Under the pieces are notes generated by a model. It was given only the letters and a program-made list of their open reading frames with translations. It had not been told where the DNA came from and did not search any database. Shown here one piece after another: positions 1-9,926 of a stretch of 64,000 bases of DNA. The number at the start of each line of letters is the position of its first letter. Position 1 is the first letter of the stretch. The DNA comes from Bacteroidota bacterium. GTDB lineage: Bacteria > Bacteroidota > Bacteroidia > Bacteroidales > GCA-2748055. The DNA lies in assembly GCA_049325415.1 (NCBI GenBank), contig JBMOLL010000071.1, positions 5,440 through 69,439 of the forward strand. Reading direction: 5' to 3'. A program made the translations under genes and the position numbers.

Positions 1-291
1 CCGGGTATTTACCTTCTGTTCAATGGCTACTGCGGGCGGAATGCCGTGGATGTAATCCACCTCCGGTTTATCGATCCGGCCGAGGAACTGGCGGGCGTAA
101 GCCGATAAACTTTCCACGTAGCGCCGGTGTCCTTCGGCATACAAAGTATCAAATGCGAGGGAACTTTTTCCCGATCCGGATAATCCTGTGATTACAATCA
201 ACTTATCCCTTGGAATGGAGATATCAACACCTTTCAGATTATGCACCCTGGCACCCTTAATATAGATCTCCTTCTCGTTATAAATTGGCAT
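1..291 (-). CDS. uvrA: Excinuclease ABC subunit A, N-terminal fragment (gene runs off the window start)
   Basis: Reverse translation from ATG at 289-291 reads [71 protein letters not shown]. This is the canonical UvrA N-terminus with its Walker A motif. It is absent from the ORF track because the window edge truncates it. Confidence 0.9.
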   Translation of the reverse strand, partial: MPIYNEKEIYIKGARVHNLKGVDISIPRDKLIVITGLSGSGKSSLAFDTLYAEGHRRYVESLSAYARQFLGRIDKPEVDYIHGIPPAVAIEQKVNTR

Positions 292-447
292 GAAATTTGT
301 TAATTTTCTTTAAAAGAGTAAGCAAACAAAGGTAACATATTTTGCAATAACAATTTTTTTTGCTTTCTTGCATCATATATACAACCTTTAACATAAACCG
401 ACTGCCTATCGAAACACCTTTACGCTGAAACCAATACATACCGGATT

Positions 448-1038
448 GTGAAAGCTTCAAATCTGAACGACCAGGAATTGGTACAAGCGTTTCTTCAGGG
501 TGATGAATCTTGTATCGAGATTTTAATTCGAAGGCATAAGAAAAAGGTGTTCACCTATATTTTTCTGACGGTAAAAAATCAGGCTTTAGCTGAGGATCTT
601 TTTCAGGAAACTTTCATTAAAGTCATACAATCACTAAGGGATGGAAAATACCGTGATAACGGCAGGTTTTTGTCCTGGGTGATCAGGATATCCCATAACC
701 TCATTATCGATCATTTCCGCAAGGAAAAACAGATGAATGCTGTTTCAAATGACGATAAGGAGATCGACCTTTTCAACAGCCGCAAGCTGTCGGATCTGAA
801 TGTGGAAGAGATTCTGATCCGGAACCAGATCAGGAGCGATCTTCGCAAACTGATTTACAGCCTCCCCGAAGATCAGCGCGAGGTCGTCCTGTTACGTCAC
901 TTTGGTGGTCTGAGCTTCAAGGAAATTGCAGAGCAGACCGATGTAAGCATCAACACCGCACTCGGAAGGATGAGGTACGCCCTGATAAATCTGAGGAAAA
1001 TGATCAAGGAAAAAGATCTTTCACTCACCGTTCAATGA
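448..1038 (+). CDS. ECF-type RNA polymerase sigma-70 family factor
   Basis: 196-aa ORF with a GTG start. Sigma region 2 is visible (DLFQETFIKVIQ...FLSWVIRISHNLIIDHFRK), as is the region 4 HTH (QREVVLLRHFGGLSFKEIAEQTDVSINTALGRMRYAL). Confidence 0.9.
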   Translation: MKASNLNDQELVQAFLQGDESCIEILIRRHKKKVFTYIFLTVKNQALAEDLFQETFIKVIQSLRDGKYRDNGRFLSWVIRISHNLIIDHFRKEKQMNAVSNDDKEIDLFNSRKLSDLNVEEILIRNQIRSDLRKLIYSLPEDQREVVLLRHFGGLSFKEIAEQTDVSINTALGRMRYALINLRKMIKEKDLSLTVQ

Positions 1039-1110
1039 TTTTTTACCGGCAGGACAATAACGGAAGGTTTAGGACGTTAATTAAGAGAAAACCTAAACCA
1101 GTTCCTGCCT

Positions 1111-1296
1111 ATGATGAAAAACTCTACTCTTTGTTTTTTAGTTGATGATTTTATTCCATCCGGTATGAGAACAAATAATCTCTTTGATCCGGAAGAGTAT
1201 TTTATGGATGAAGAAACCGGCGATTTCCTTGACGACATCCAGATCGAACCTTCAGAAGAGTTGATCTTAAAAACATTACGCAAGGTAACAGCCTGA
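1111..1296 (+). CDS. Small acidic hypothetical protein downstream of the ECF sigma gene (coding status uncertain)
   Basis: 61-aa ORF lying 72 nt after the sigma stop and followed immediately by a hairpin plus T-run. It is very acidic (DPEEYFMDEETGDFLDDIQIEPSEE). It has no TM segment and no HxxxCxxC anti-sigma motif. Confidence 0.3.
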   Translation: MMKNSTLCFLVDDFIPSGMRTNNLFDPEEYFMDEETGDFLDDIQIEPSEELILKTLRKVTA

Positions 1297-1303
1297 AGAA
1301 AAG

Positions 1304-1334
1304 CCGCTCCATCTATGGGGCGGTTTTATTTTTT
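1304..1334 (+). terminator. Putative intrinsic terminator after the sigma/small-ORF unit (overlaps the 3' end of rsmE)
   Basis: Stem ccgctcc/ggggcgg (7 bp including one GU pair), loop atctat, followed by ttttatttttt. Confidence 0.5.
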
Positions 1335-2032
1335 ATCCCGTTCATCATCTGAATGCCGTGCACGGCTACCACTCCTGCTGTTTCGGTCCTTAGTCTCGAG
1401 GTCCCCAGATCGAGACCAGTAAAACCTGATTTCAGAGCCAGTCCGACTTCATCTTCCGTGAAATCACCTTCGGGTCCGATTGCGAGACAAACTTCGTCGA
1501 CCCGATTGATATCCCACAAACTGATCTTCTCACCGGGCATGCAGTGTGCTATCCCCCTGAATCCTGACTGAACTGTACTGATCCATTTCGAAAAAGGAAG
1601 GGGATCATTTATTACCGGAAGAAAACTTTTCAGGGATTGCTTCATAGCCGCCACAACAACCCGTTCCAGCCGCTCGACCCTCAGTTCCCTCCTCTCCGAC
1701 CGTTCACAGATCACCGGTGTTATTTCGTTTACACCGATTTCCGTTACCTTCTCCAGGAACCATTCCATTCTGTCCATATTTTTTGTCGGGGCAATCCCGA
1801 TATGGAGGTAATAGGGAAAATCGGAAGCTGTCTGTTCCCTTTCTTTTACAACCAGGAGGCAATGTCTGGGATCTTCACTTTCTACCAGTGCACTGTACCG
1901 GCCACCACGGCCATCCACGAGCCGGACTTCATCCCCGCGTTTCAAACGGAGAACACGTATGCAATGCTTCGACTCACTTTCACTGAGCTGGTAAGTGCTG
2001 CCGGAGATATCAGGGGTGTAGAAGAGGTGCAT
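1313..2032 (-). CDS. rsmE: 16S rRNA (uracil1498-N3)-methyltransferase
   Basis: 239 aa. N-terminal MHLFYTP...ESKHCIRVLRLKRGDEV and C-terminal IGPEGDFTEDE...LGTSRLRTETA match the RsmE family pattern. Confidence 0.88.
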   Translation of the reverse strand: MHLFYTPDISGSTYQLSESESKHCIRVLRLKRGDEVRLVDGRGGRYSALVESEDPRHCLLVVKEREQTASDFPYYLHIGIAPTKNMDRMEWFLEKVTEIGVNEITPVICERSERRELRVERLERVVVAAMKQSLKSFLPVINDPLPFSKWISTVQSGFRGIAHCMPGEKISLWDINRVDEVCLAIGPEGDFTEDEVGLALKSGFTGLDLGTSRLRTETAGVVAVHGIQMMNGIKNKTAP

Positions 2033-2083
2033 AAGCTGTATAAAACCGTAAATTTAGTATTTTCACGCAACTATTGATCAACC

Positions 2084-2587
2084 ATGTTTCGTATAGGACT
2101 TCTTTCGGATACTCACGGTTATCTTGATCCGCAACTGGAATCTTTCTTCAGCGGGGTCGATGAGATATGGCATGCGGGCGATATCGGCGACATCGAGGTG
2201 TGCCGGATCCTGGAAAGCTGGAAACCGCTTGTAGCCGTGTACGGAAATATTGACGGAGATCCTGTGCGCAGGACCTATCCTACCCATCAACGACTGATGA
2301 GAGAAGGTCTTGATATCTGGATGACGCATATCGGGGGCTATCCCGGCTCCTATGCACCCGGCATCAGGGAGCGGATCCATGATAATCCTCCCGGGCTTTT
2401 CATCACCGGTCATTCGCATATCCTCAAGGTGATTCCGGATAAGAAAAACGGCCTGCTTCATATGAATCCAGGGGCTGCCGGGACCTATGGCTTTCACCTT
2501 GTTCGTACCGCCATACGTTTTGAAATCAGCAACGGTAAGCCCGGCGCTCTCGATATCATCGAACTGGGGAAGCGGAGTCGGGGCTAA
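2084..2587 (+). CDS. Metallophosphoesterase, YfcE/MJ0936 family
   Basis: 167 aa carrying the phosphoesterase motifs LSDTHG, HAGDIGD, GNIDG and GHSH. Confidence 0.85.
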   Translation: MFRIGLLSDTHGYLDPQLESFFSGVDEIWHAGDIGDIEVCRILESWKPLVAVYGNIDGDPVRRTYPTHQRLMREGLDIWMTHIGGYPGSYAPGIRERIHDNPPGLFITGHSHILKVIPDKKNGLLHMNPGAAGTYGFHLVRTAIRFEISNGKPGALDIIELGKRSRG

Positions 2588-5500
2588 TTCCCCATCTCCG
2601 CTTTCCTGTTCTCGTATTCCCTGAAGCGTTCCAGGAACAGCTCCATCCTTCGCTGGGCAGCCAGCGAATAGGTGTATTTCGCCTGACCCGGTTTGGCTTT
2701 GGACCGACGATCGGCCACCTTCAGATTGAAGACAAAATCGTTAAATTCCTTGTTTGATGACAGGACCTGGAGTCCGCCAGGTGAATAGGCGAAGTAATAC
2801 CAGGTCTTGCTGTCGATCATCAGGTACATGTCAAAAAGATCACCGGATCCCTTCTCAACCATCTCGATATAGGCATTTACCTTTTTATTGATCTGGACAT
2901 TGCCGATATGGCCTATACCCACAGTCCCGTTGCACCGGAAGGAACGTGTTTCCTGATTCCATTCAAGCGGGAGTTCATTGAAGAAGAGAGTATGTTTCAG
3001 CCCCGGCGGCAGTTCGCTGTAAACGCCATACAACTGTTCTTCCCGCTGCAGTTTCTCTGCGACATCCTTACCTACCAGGTCGCTCACACCCAGACGGTAG
3101 AAAGGTTCTGACAGATCCACGGGTTTAAGGTCGGGCAGACTGTCAATTTCCCTGCCCATAATTCCCAGTGCTTCTTCCGAGAAGAAGAAATCCATTCCAA
3201 GGAGCAGGTCCATCTTCAACTCACCCCGGGCCATGTCATGATCGGCTTTTCCAGCCGCAGTCAGAATAACCTGTCCGAAATCCAGCGTCATGTCGATCTT
3301 TCCTTCCCCGTGCAGGTTACAGCTGTCGGTGTCGAGCCGCAGGTAATTACCCGGTTCCATATTATCGGCGAGTTTCTCACGACTACCGATCTCAAAGGCT
3401 CTTTTTGGCTTGTTGAAATAAAGGAAACCGCTGGCACTGGTAATGTTCTTATCGAAGTAATCCTTTCTTCCCGACAGGAAGGTTGAATAGATATGTGTGG
3501 AATCCCTTGCAATCAGGGTACCGGCATAAACATTATTCAGGTTGATGTTTTGCATCTTTTCACCTACAGGGATCATCACACTGTCCGGATCGATCCGGGT
3601 TTCGAACTTGAACCAGTTCCTGCTGATATCACAGTCGAACCGTGGCCGTACACCTCCGGCAAAAAGCAGTTGTCTGTCCTTCGCATTCATTTTCACCGAG
3701 CCCTGGTATTCGAAATACGGACTCAAACGGAATGAGTCGACCACCGTGATGGTTCCAGAGGCCCTCGTTTCCAGCGAAGTATCTTCCCTGATTTCGGAAA
3801 AGCGGAAAGGGTAGCGGGTTCCGAATTCATCGATATAATCATACATTCCACTTCCGCTGTAATTTTTGGCGCTCCTGATGTTCAGGGATGCATCATAGAT
3901 AAAATGATAGCGATCGGTCAGATTGGCAAGGATCCTTGCTTTATCAAGCTTTTCCATAGCCGCTTCAATCCCGATCTTCACTTCTTTATGAGCAGGGAAG
4001 ATATAGGCATCACCAACCTGGATAAACGGGATCTTCCTGGCATTCAGAATCCTGTGCCGGTAATTGTAAACGGCCAGGGGTGCAACGAAATTCAGTGAAT
4101 CCTGCTTCGGGTGAACGGAGACATAGCTTGGTCCGTTGGTACGGAGGGTGTCTATCCCTATATCCACCCAGTTCCTGTCCAATACCTTCTTTTGCGTGAG
4201 TTCCACCTCATCCCTGTCCATAAACCAGTTCATACGGTCGAGGCGGGTCTCATAATAATTGTCCGGGAAGGAGACCAGGGTATAATCGGCATTGGCAGTA
4301 AATTCACCCTGCCTGCGTGAAAAATCAACATGAACTTTCACGTCATCGGTTTCGAAGGCATAGGTCTCGGAGGTTTTCGGTTTGAATTTAACACCGGCCG
4401 AATCAGCAAGAATTTCCCTGGCTTTGTAATGGAATTCTCGTGAGTCCATCACTCCGTCAGGAAAAGAGGTCAGCCCGCTGCCGGAAAGACCTGACGGACG
4501 CAATGCCAGGTCGCCACGCAGCAGGACCGTATCCTTGAACATCCTGAACGGGGGTTCGGTCCTTTCCAGGAACATCACCTTGTCTCGGGTCATCCAGCGC
4601 ATATCCACCACGGTATTTTCCACTTCCGGGAACTGAGTTTCCGTGAATCGTTCCCTGACCTGAAATTTCCGGGATTTGGAAGTGACGGAATCCGGATGGA
4701 AAAGGAAGTCATCCGACCAGGTTGTTGAAGTGACATAATCCAGCGAACCGTAGCCATGCAGCCCTTTGCTGCTCATTTCTATATCGTTGTAAAAGGTTCC
4801 CTGAGCGTCGTAAACAGGAATCCCCTGAGAGGGAGTTTTGAGATAAAAACCCAGAGAGTTATCGTCCCGCAGGGTCATTTCCAGCCGCAACGGAGGAAGG
4901 ATTTCTGCAGACACAAAGGTTCCGTCGAGCTTCATCCCTTCCCGGGTAAAGTTGTCCAGGCTATCGATGGTAAAGGGATCCAGTTCAAAATAAAAATTGT
5001 CGCGTTTGTAAACACCTTGCTGAATCTGGGCTTCATCGAAGAAGATATATGATTTTTCACGGCTGGTAAAGAGCGGGTATTCCGGATAATTTTTAAGACC
5101 TGATTTATTTTCCGGAAAATCAATCTGCAGTTCACCCGTGATCTTCTCAATCTTGTTATCGATGGTGTTAAGGATAGCCTGTCCATAGCTATCGTATTTC
5201 CCGGTCTTCACCCTTAACTGCAGGCTGTCGATATCCTGAAGATTGATTTTAAAATCATTGTAATCGAAAAAGAAATTATGACCAAAAAAGCGGAACAGAC
5301 CAGCATCGATGGATCCGCTGAACTGAAAGTTCCGGTTCCGTTTCATAATGATCGTATTGCCAGTGGGTACCAGTCGTACACTCTGGGAATCGCTCAGGAA
5401 AATGGTCGGAATACCCCGGATCGACATGTCTTTGTTCTCCAGGTTCAACCGGGCATTTTCCCCGCCGGTTTCGATCCTGGAGATAAAGCGGATCACATCA

Positions 5501-7059
5501 TAATCTCTTTTTCTGATACTTGCGTCAATATAATCAAACAGTTTCTGGCGCAGGTAAACCATATCCGTTTTATCGTCGAAATAGAGGAAACCCAGTTTTG
5601 CGAAGGCCATCAGCTGGTGTCTTATCTGGTAGGCGTCGTAACCGATATTGGCGGCATAGGCGGATACGGAAAAATCCCTTCCCCTCACCATCTCCGAAAA
5701 CCTCCAGAGCTGAACCAGAGGGTGTTCCCAATCCATACCCTGTAGGCTCAGGTAAAAATCGTAATTAAAAAAAGCATCTGATTCAAAGGTCGCACGCCCG
5801 ATAGAGGTTCCGGTCATTGCCTGCATTTTCATTTCAGGCTGATCCCTCTTCCAGTAAAGCTCGTCGAAGTTCATGTCCACCTTGTGATAGGTATCCAGGT
5901 ATGGCCCCTGTGAGGTATACCTTTCCGATTTGGTAAACCGGCATTCCTGCTTGCTGATATTATAGGTAAAGACCAGGTCGGGATGATAAACGGAATCCTT
6001 TTCAAGATAGATCGACAACTCCGTGCTGTTCGTCTTGATCGTCTGTGGGTTGAAAAGGAAGATCTGCGACCTGAGCCTGATCCGGAGGGTATCCCTGCTA
6101 AAGATCTCCAGAATGGCAGGTTCGTATTCCGAACCTGTACCGGCCAGGTTAGCCCCCTGCATGGATAATCCCCCGGCAAAGTTGATCCCGTCATAAAAAC
6201 CCGGAAGACTGTAACTGTTCTGATGGGTGAAGAATTGCGGATAGATTGCCGCAGAGGGTTCTTTAATGAACAATACCTTATCTTCCAGGCGCCCCATCAT
6301 TGGCTTGTCGAACAAAGATCTGTAAAAGAGCAGTACGGAATCGGCCTTATAGCCCGCCGATTTGAGACTGATCTTATAGTATTTCATTTCAGCATAAAGC
6401 TCCTCAGGCTGATATCCGGCCCGGGTCCAGTCTACTTTCCCTTTCGAGCCGATCCATTCCGAGGTATAGGGATCAAGATAGCCACTTGCGTCCTTTATCT
6501 CGATGCTGTCTTTTGAGGCATGACAGACAATGTCGATATTTTCAAAAACAACCCTGAAGGATTTCTCAAAGCTGAAGCGGAAGTCTTTACGGCGTGCCTG
6601 CCATTGTACGGTGGCCCCCTTGTAAATATAGGCTCCATCGAGCAAATCGTTGGTCACCGCTATTACCTGATCAATCTGCTTCAATAGTGTATTCTCCCTG
6701 CTGACGAGATCCCGGTAGCCCTGTTGCCACTCATCAAAACCGTAGCTCAGATTATCCTGGAGGTAAAATTTATTCAGAACTGCCAGATAATTGGTAAACT
6801 GGGGTTTGGGCCTGCAGTTTCGCCTGATCATGAGGTTGGAAATTTCCATAATCTGTACGCGCTCAGCGTTGGGCAGACTGTCCCATACCGTCCTGAAATC
6901 ATCGAACTGGGACTTATCCTGGTCACCCATCATGTTCACCATGTATTTGTAGAGATCGTCAACGAAAGTTGTCGTATCCACTGCAATCTCTTTCTGGTTC
7001 TGTGCTTCCGCTGTAAATACCGAAAACAGGAACGGGATCAGAATCAGCAACCTTTTCAT
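2584..7059 (-). CDS. Very large secreted protein of unknown function
   Basis: Uninterrupted 1491-aa ORF. It has an N-terminal signal peptide (MKRLLILIPFLFSVFTAEAQ). Composition is rich in aromatic residues, Asp and Asn. No catalytic motif or internal repeat is recognisable by eye. Confidence 0.8.
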   Translation of the reverse strand: MKRLLILIPFLFSVFTAEAQNQKEIAVDTTTFVDDLYKYMVNMMGDQDKSQFDDFRTVWDSLPNAERVQIMEISNLMIRRNCRPKPQFTNYLAVLNKFYLQDNLSYGFDEWQQGYRDLVSRENTLLKQIDQVIAVTNDLLDGAYIYKGATVQWQARRKDFRFSFEKSFRVVFENIDIVCHASKDSIEIKDASGYLDPYTSEWIGSKGKVDWTRAGYQPEELYAEMKYYKISLKSAGYKADSVLLFYRSLFDKPMMGRLEDKVLFIKEPSAAIYPQFFTHQNSYSLPGFYDGINFAGGLSMQGANLAGTGSEYEPAILEIFSRDTLRIRLRSQIFLFNPQTIKTNSTELSIYLEKDSVYHPDLVFTYNISKQECRFTKSERYTSQGPYLDTYHKVDMNFDELYWKRDQPEMKMQAMTGTSIGRATFESDAFFNYDFYLSLQGMDWEHPLVQLWRFSEMVRGRDFSVSAYAANIGYDAYQIRHQLMAFAKLGFLYFDDKTDMVYLRQKLFDYIDASIRKRDYDVIRFISRIETGGENARLNLENKDMSIRGIPTIFLSDSQSVRLVPTGNTIIMKRNRNFQFSGSIDAGLFRFFGHNFFFDYNDFKINLQDIDSLQLRVKTGKYDSYGQAILNTIDNKIEKITGELQIDFPENKSGLKNYPEYPLFTSREKSYIFFDEAQIQQGVYKRDNFYFELDPFTIDSLDNFTREGMKLDGTFVSAEILPPLRLEMTLRDDNSLGFYLKTPSQGIPVYDAQGTFYNDIEMSSKGLHGYGSLDYVTSTTWSDDFLFHPDSVTSKSRKFQVRERFTETQFPEVENTVVDMRWMTRDKVMFLERTEPPFRMFKDTVLLRGDLALRPSGLSGSGLTSFPDGVMDSREFHYKAREILADSAGVKFKPKTSETYAFETDDVKVHVDFSRRQGEFTANADYTLVSFPDNYYETRLDRMNWFMDRDEVELTQKKVLDRNWVDIGIDTLRTNGPSYVSVHPKQDSLNFVAPLAVYNYRHRILNARKIPFIQVGDAYIFPAHKEVKIGIEAAMEKLDKARILANLTDRYHFIYDASLNIRSAKNYSGSGMYDYIDEFGTRYPFRFSEIREDTSLETRASGTITVVDSFRLSPYFEYQGSVKMNAKDRQLLFAGGVRPRFDCDISRNWFKFETRIDPDSVMIPVGEKMQNINLNNVYAGTLIARDSTHIYSTFLSGRKDYFDKNITSASGFLYFNKPKRAFEIGSREKLADNMEPGNYLRLDTDSCNLHGEGKIDMTLDFGQVILTAAGKADHDMARGELKMDLLLGMDFFFSEEALGIMGREIDSLPDLKPVDLSEPFYRLGVSDLVGKDVAEKLQREEQLYGVYSELPPGLKHTLFFNELPLEWNQETRSFRCNGTVGIGHIGNVQINKKVNAYIEMVEKGSGDLFDMYLMIDSKTWYYFAYSPGGLQVLSSNKEFNDFVFNLKVADRRSKAKPGQAKYTYSLAAQRRMELFLERFREYENRKAEMGN

Positions 7060-7103
7060 AGTTTTAGTTTTAAACCGTTACATTCGCACTCAGCCAGTGG
7101 AGC

Positions 7104-7949
7104 TTAGTCCCTTTTGCCTGCCAGGCAAACCGAAATCCAGTCTCCCCCGGAAAGGCTGAACTCGGGAAAGAGCTCCAGCTCAGCCGCCTTTTCCAGGATA
7201 GCCGACCGGTCCCTCTCCATAATTCCGCTAACGACGAGGATGCCATCCTGATTCAGCGTTCGCCGGTAAACCGGCATATCGGCCAGCAGGATATTCCTGT
7301 TGATATTGGCCAGGATGATATCAAATTTTCTTTCATTCAGTAATTCGGCACCGCCAATCAGCACTTCAATATCCCGGTTCAGATTAAGTGCGGTATTTTC
7401 CATTGTATTTTCGTAGGCCCAGGGATCAATATCGATGGCACAGACCGGATCGGCTCCGCGCAACGCGGCAAGAATAGCCAGAACTCCCGTACCGCATCCC
7501 ATATCGAGTACAGACTTACCTGCCATATCCAGTCTCAGGATCATCCGGATCATCATCCGGGTGGTATGGTGGTGTCCGGTACCGAAGGACATTTTGGGCT
7601 CAATCAGCAGGTTGAACCTGAACCCGGGAAGCTCGGGGTGGAAGGGTGCCCTGATCTGTACTTCCTGATCAACATACACCGGCTCATAATTCCTTTCCCA
7701 CAACTCGTTCCAGTTCCTTTCCTCCACGGTTTCGAGCCGGAAAGTAACGGCGCAATCCATCTTTCCCATGGTGGCAATGATATGCTCCGGGGCAAAGAGG
7801 TCGGCATCTTCCGGTTTGATATAGGCAAGCACCTCATCCTCCTCTTCCGTGAAACCCTCGAAGCCCTCCATGGCCAGAAGGCTGATCAGAAGCCCTCTGA
7901 GCTCCTCATCAGCCGGATTGATCTTAAATATGTATTCCCTGTATTTCAA
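7104..7949 (-). CDS. prmA: Ribosomal protein L11 methyltransferase
   Basis: 281 aa with a PrmA-type N-terminal domain and a SAM-binding motif (VLDMGCGTGVLAILAA). Confidence 0.9.
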   Translation of the reverse strand: MKYREYIFKINPADEELRGLLISLLAMEGFEGFTEEEDEVLAYIKPEDADLFAPEHIIATMGKMDCAVTFRLETVEERNWNELWERNYEPVYVDQEVQIRAPFHPELPGFRFNLLIEPKMSFGTGHHHTTRMMIRMILRLDMAGKSVLDMGCGTGVLAILAALRGADPVCAIDIDPWAYENTMENTALNLNRDIEVLIGGAELLNERKFDIILANINRNILLADMPVYRRTLNQDGILVVSGIMERDRSAILEKAAELELFPEFSLSGGDWISVCLAGKRD

Positions 7950-7965
7950 TCTGCTGAACCGTTTA

Positions 7966-8011
7966 TAAAAAAAACCGGAAAACGATCTCCACCGGGAGAA
8001 GGTTTTCCGGT
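7966..8011 (-). terminator. Intrinsic terminator downstream of tpiA
   Basis: 10-bp outer stem accggaaaac/gttttccggt plus inner stem tctcc/ggaga. On the minus strand it is followed by a run of about 8 T (plus-strand A-run 7966-7974). Confidence 0.6.
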
Positions 8012-8021
8012 AAAAATAAAA

Positions 8022-8783
8022 TTAAAAAGCGTTTACTATGCCCATGAAATCCTCAGCTTTCAGAGAAGCTCCGCCTATCAGTCCACCATCCACATCGGGA
8101 TTGGCAAAAAGTTCCGCTGCATTGGAAGGCTTGCAACTGCCTCCATAAAGCAGGGTGCACTCCTCTGCAGCATGTTTGCCAAAGAGTTCGGCGATCAGAT
8201 CCCGGATAAACTTATGCATTTCCTGTGCCTGCGCCGGTGAAGCTGTAACTCCAGTGCCAATAGCCCAAACCGGTTCATAGGCAATAACCACTTTAGAGAA
8301 CTCGTCAGCCGTAAGATTTTTCAGACCAACTGTTACCTGTTCGCGGACCACATCGAAGAGCTTACCAGCTTCTCTTTCCTCGAGGATCTCACCACAGCAG
8401 AAGATAGGTTTGAGACCTTTCCTGAGTGCAAGTTTTACTTTTTTATTCAGGATCAGGTTATCCTCGTGATAATAGCTCCTTCTTTCGGAATGGCCAATAA
8501 TGACATATTCCACGCCACAGGAAAGCAGCATATCGGGGGATACCTCACCGGTAAAGGCCCCATTTTCTTCGGAAGCACAGTTCTGGGCAGCCAGTTTAAC
8601 ATGGCTGATCACTTCCTTCACTTTGGCAAGGTGGGTAAAGGGGGGCGCAATAATCACCAGTGCGGCACTCTTACTTTCGGCAGCCTGCTTTTCTACGGCT
8701 CCTGCCAGTTCCATCCCTTCCTTCAGGAGGGTATTCATCTTCCAGTTACCGGCAACAATCTTTTTTCTCATGATCGATGACAA
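8022..8783 (-). CDS. tpiA: Triosephosphate isomerase
   Basis: Motifs IVAGNWKMN, IIGHSERR and AYEPVWAIGTG. The start could instead be the Met at 8771. Confidence 0.95.
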   Translation of the reverse strand: MSSIMRKKIVAGNWKMNTLLKEGMELAGAVEKQAAESKSAALVIIAPPFTHLAKVKEVISHVKLAAQNCASEENGAFTGEVSPDMLLSCGVEYVIIGHSERRSYYHEDNLILNKKVKLALRKGLKPIFCCGEILEEREAGKLFDVVREQVTVGLKNLTADEFSKVVIAYEPVWAIGTGVTASPAQAQEMHKFIRDLIAELFGKHAAEECTLLYGGSCKPSNAAELFANPDVDGGLIGGASLKAEDFMGIVNAF

Positions 8784-8843
8784 GTTTTATTAGTTAAGAA
8801 ATTACATCAAAAATAGTAAAAATCAGATTGCCGGATATCAAAA

Positions 8844-9926
8844 TCACTGAGCTGTTCTCACCCGGGGGTCGAGCAGGGCATAGGCAAAATCAACCAGGAT
8901 ATTGATGACAACAAAAATCACGGCAATGGTAATAACCGAACCCAGGACCACCGGCATGTCGTACTGGTTTAAACCGTTAACGATCATATAGCCCAGGCCC
9001 TTCCACCCGAAGATATATTCGACGAATACCACACCCGCCATCAGTGAGGCAAACCAACCGCTGATCGCCGTTATCAGGGGATTAAGGGAATTTCTGACCG
9101 CATGTTTTCTGACCACTTTTTTATAAGGAAGACCTTTGGCCCGGGCTGTGCGCACATAATCCTGGTTCAGCGCATCGAGTAGCGAACTGCGGGCGATCTG
9201 GACAATTACCGACAACGGCCTGATGGCGAGGGTTATGGCCGGCAGAATAATATTCTCCGGATGAACCCTGTTCCCATCTCCGAAATCATCCGGTTCGATA
9301 AGGTTTCCGGTAAGATTTAAATGCGTAAAATCAGATAGCAGGTAGGCAAAGATCCATCCGATCAGGATGGCGGCAAAAAAGGAGGGCAGCGACATGCCCA
9401 GGGTTGACAGGAAAATGGCAGAGCGGTCAAAAAAACTGTCCTTTCGCAAGGCACAGCGAAAACCCAGCAGGGTTCCGACCAGCGAAGCCAGTACGATAGA
9501 CAGCAGGGCCAGGATGAAAGTATTGGGCAGCGCTCCTGCGATCATGGACCCCACGGTGCGCCTGTTCTGGTAGCTGATCCCCAGATAGGGGGCTTTAAGG
9601 AAGGGCGACCAGGAATGGACTTTCACAGGGATTCGCAATCCACCGTATTTCTCACTGCTGTAAAAAAAATAGCTGTCGGGATCTGCCGTATTGTATAATG
9701 AAAGTGGTGAAAGATCGTTGAGATAACGCAGGTACTGCAGGTACAGGGGCCGGTCGAGACCCAGTTCAGCCCTAACCATCTCCACACTGCGCAGATCAGA
9801 GCGCTGGCCCAGAAGCATCCTGGCCGGGTCGCCCGGGAGGATATTAAAAAGGAAAAATACAATGGTTACTACACCCCAGACAACCAGGATCCCGTAAAAG
9901 GTTCGCTGCAGGACCTTGCGGATCAA
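8844..9926 (-). CDS. ABC transporter permease, DppB/OppB type (no partner ABC genes nearby)
   Basis: 360 aa with multiple TM segments. N-terminal FLFNILPGDPARMLLG and an EAA-like loop (DYVRTARAKGLPYKKVVRKHAVRNSLNPLIT). The apparent TTG start overlaps the upstream stop codon (TTGA). Confidence 0.82.
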   Translation of the reverse strand: MIRKVLQRTFYGILVVWGVVTIVFFLFNILPGDPARMLLGQRSDLRSVEMVRAELGLDRPLYLQYLRYLNDLSPLSLYNTADPDSYFFYSSEKYGGLRIPVKVHSWSPFLKAPYLGISYQNRRTVGSMIAGALPNTFILALLSIVLASLVGTLLGFRCALRKDSFFDRSAIFLSTLGMSLPSFFAAILIGWIFAYLLSDFTHLNLTGNLIEPDDFGDGNRVHPENIILPAITLAIRPLSVIVQIARSSLLDALNQDYVRTARAKGLPYKKVVRKHAVRNSLNPLITAISGWFASLMAGVVFVEYIFGWKGLGYMIVNGLNQYDMPVVLGSVITIAVIFVVINILVDFAYALLDPRVRTAQ

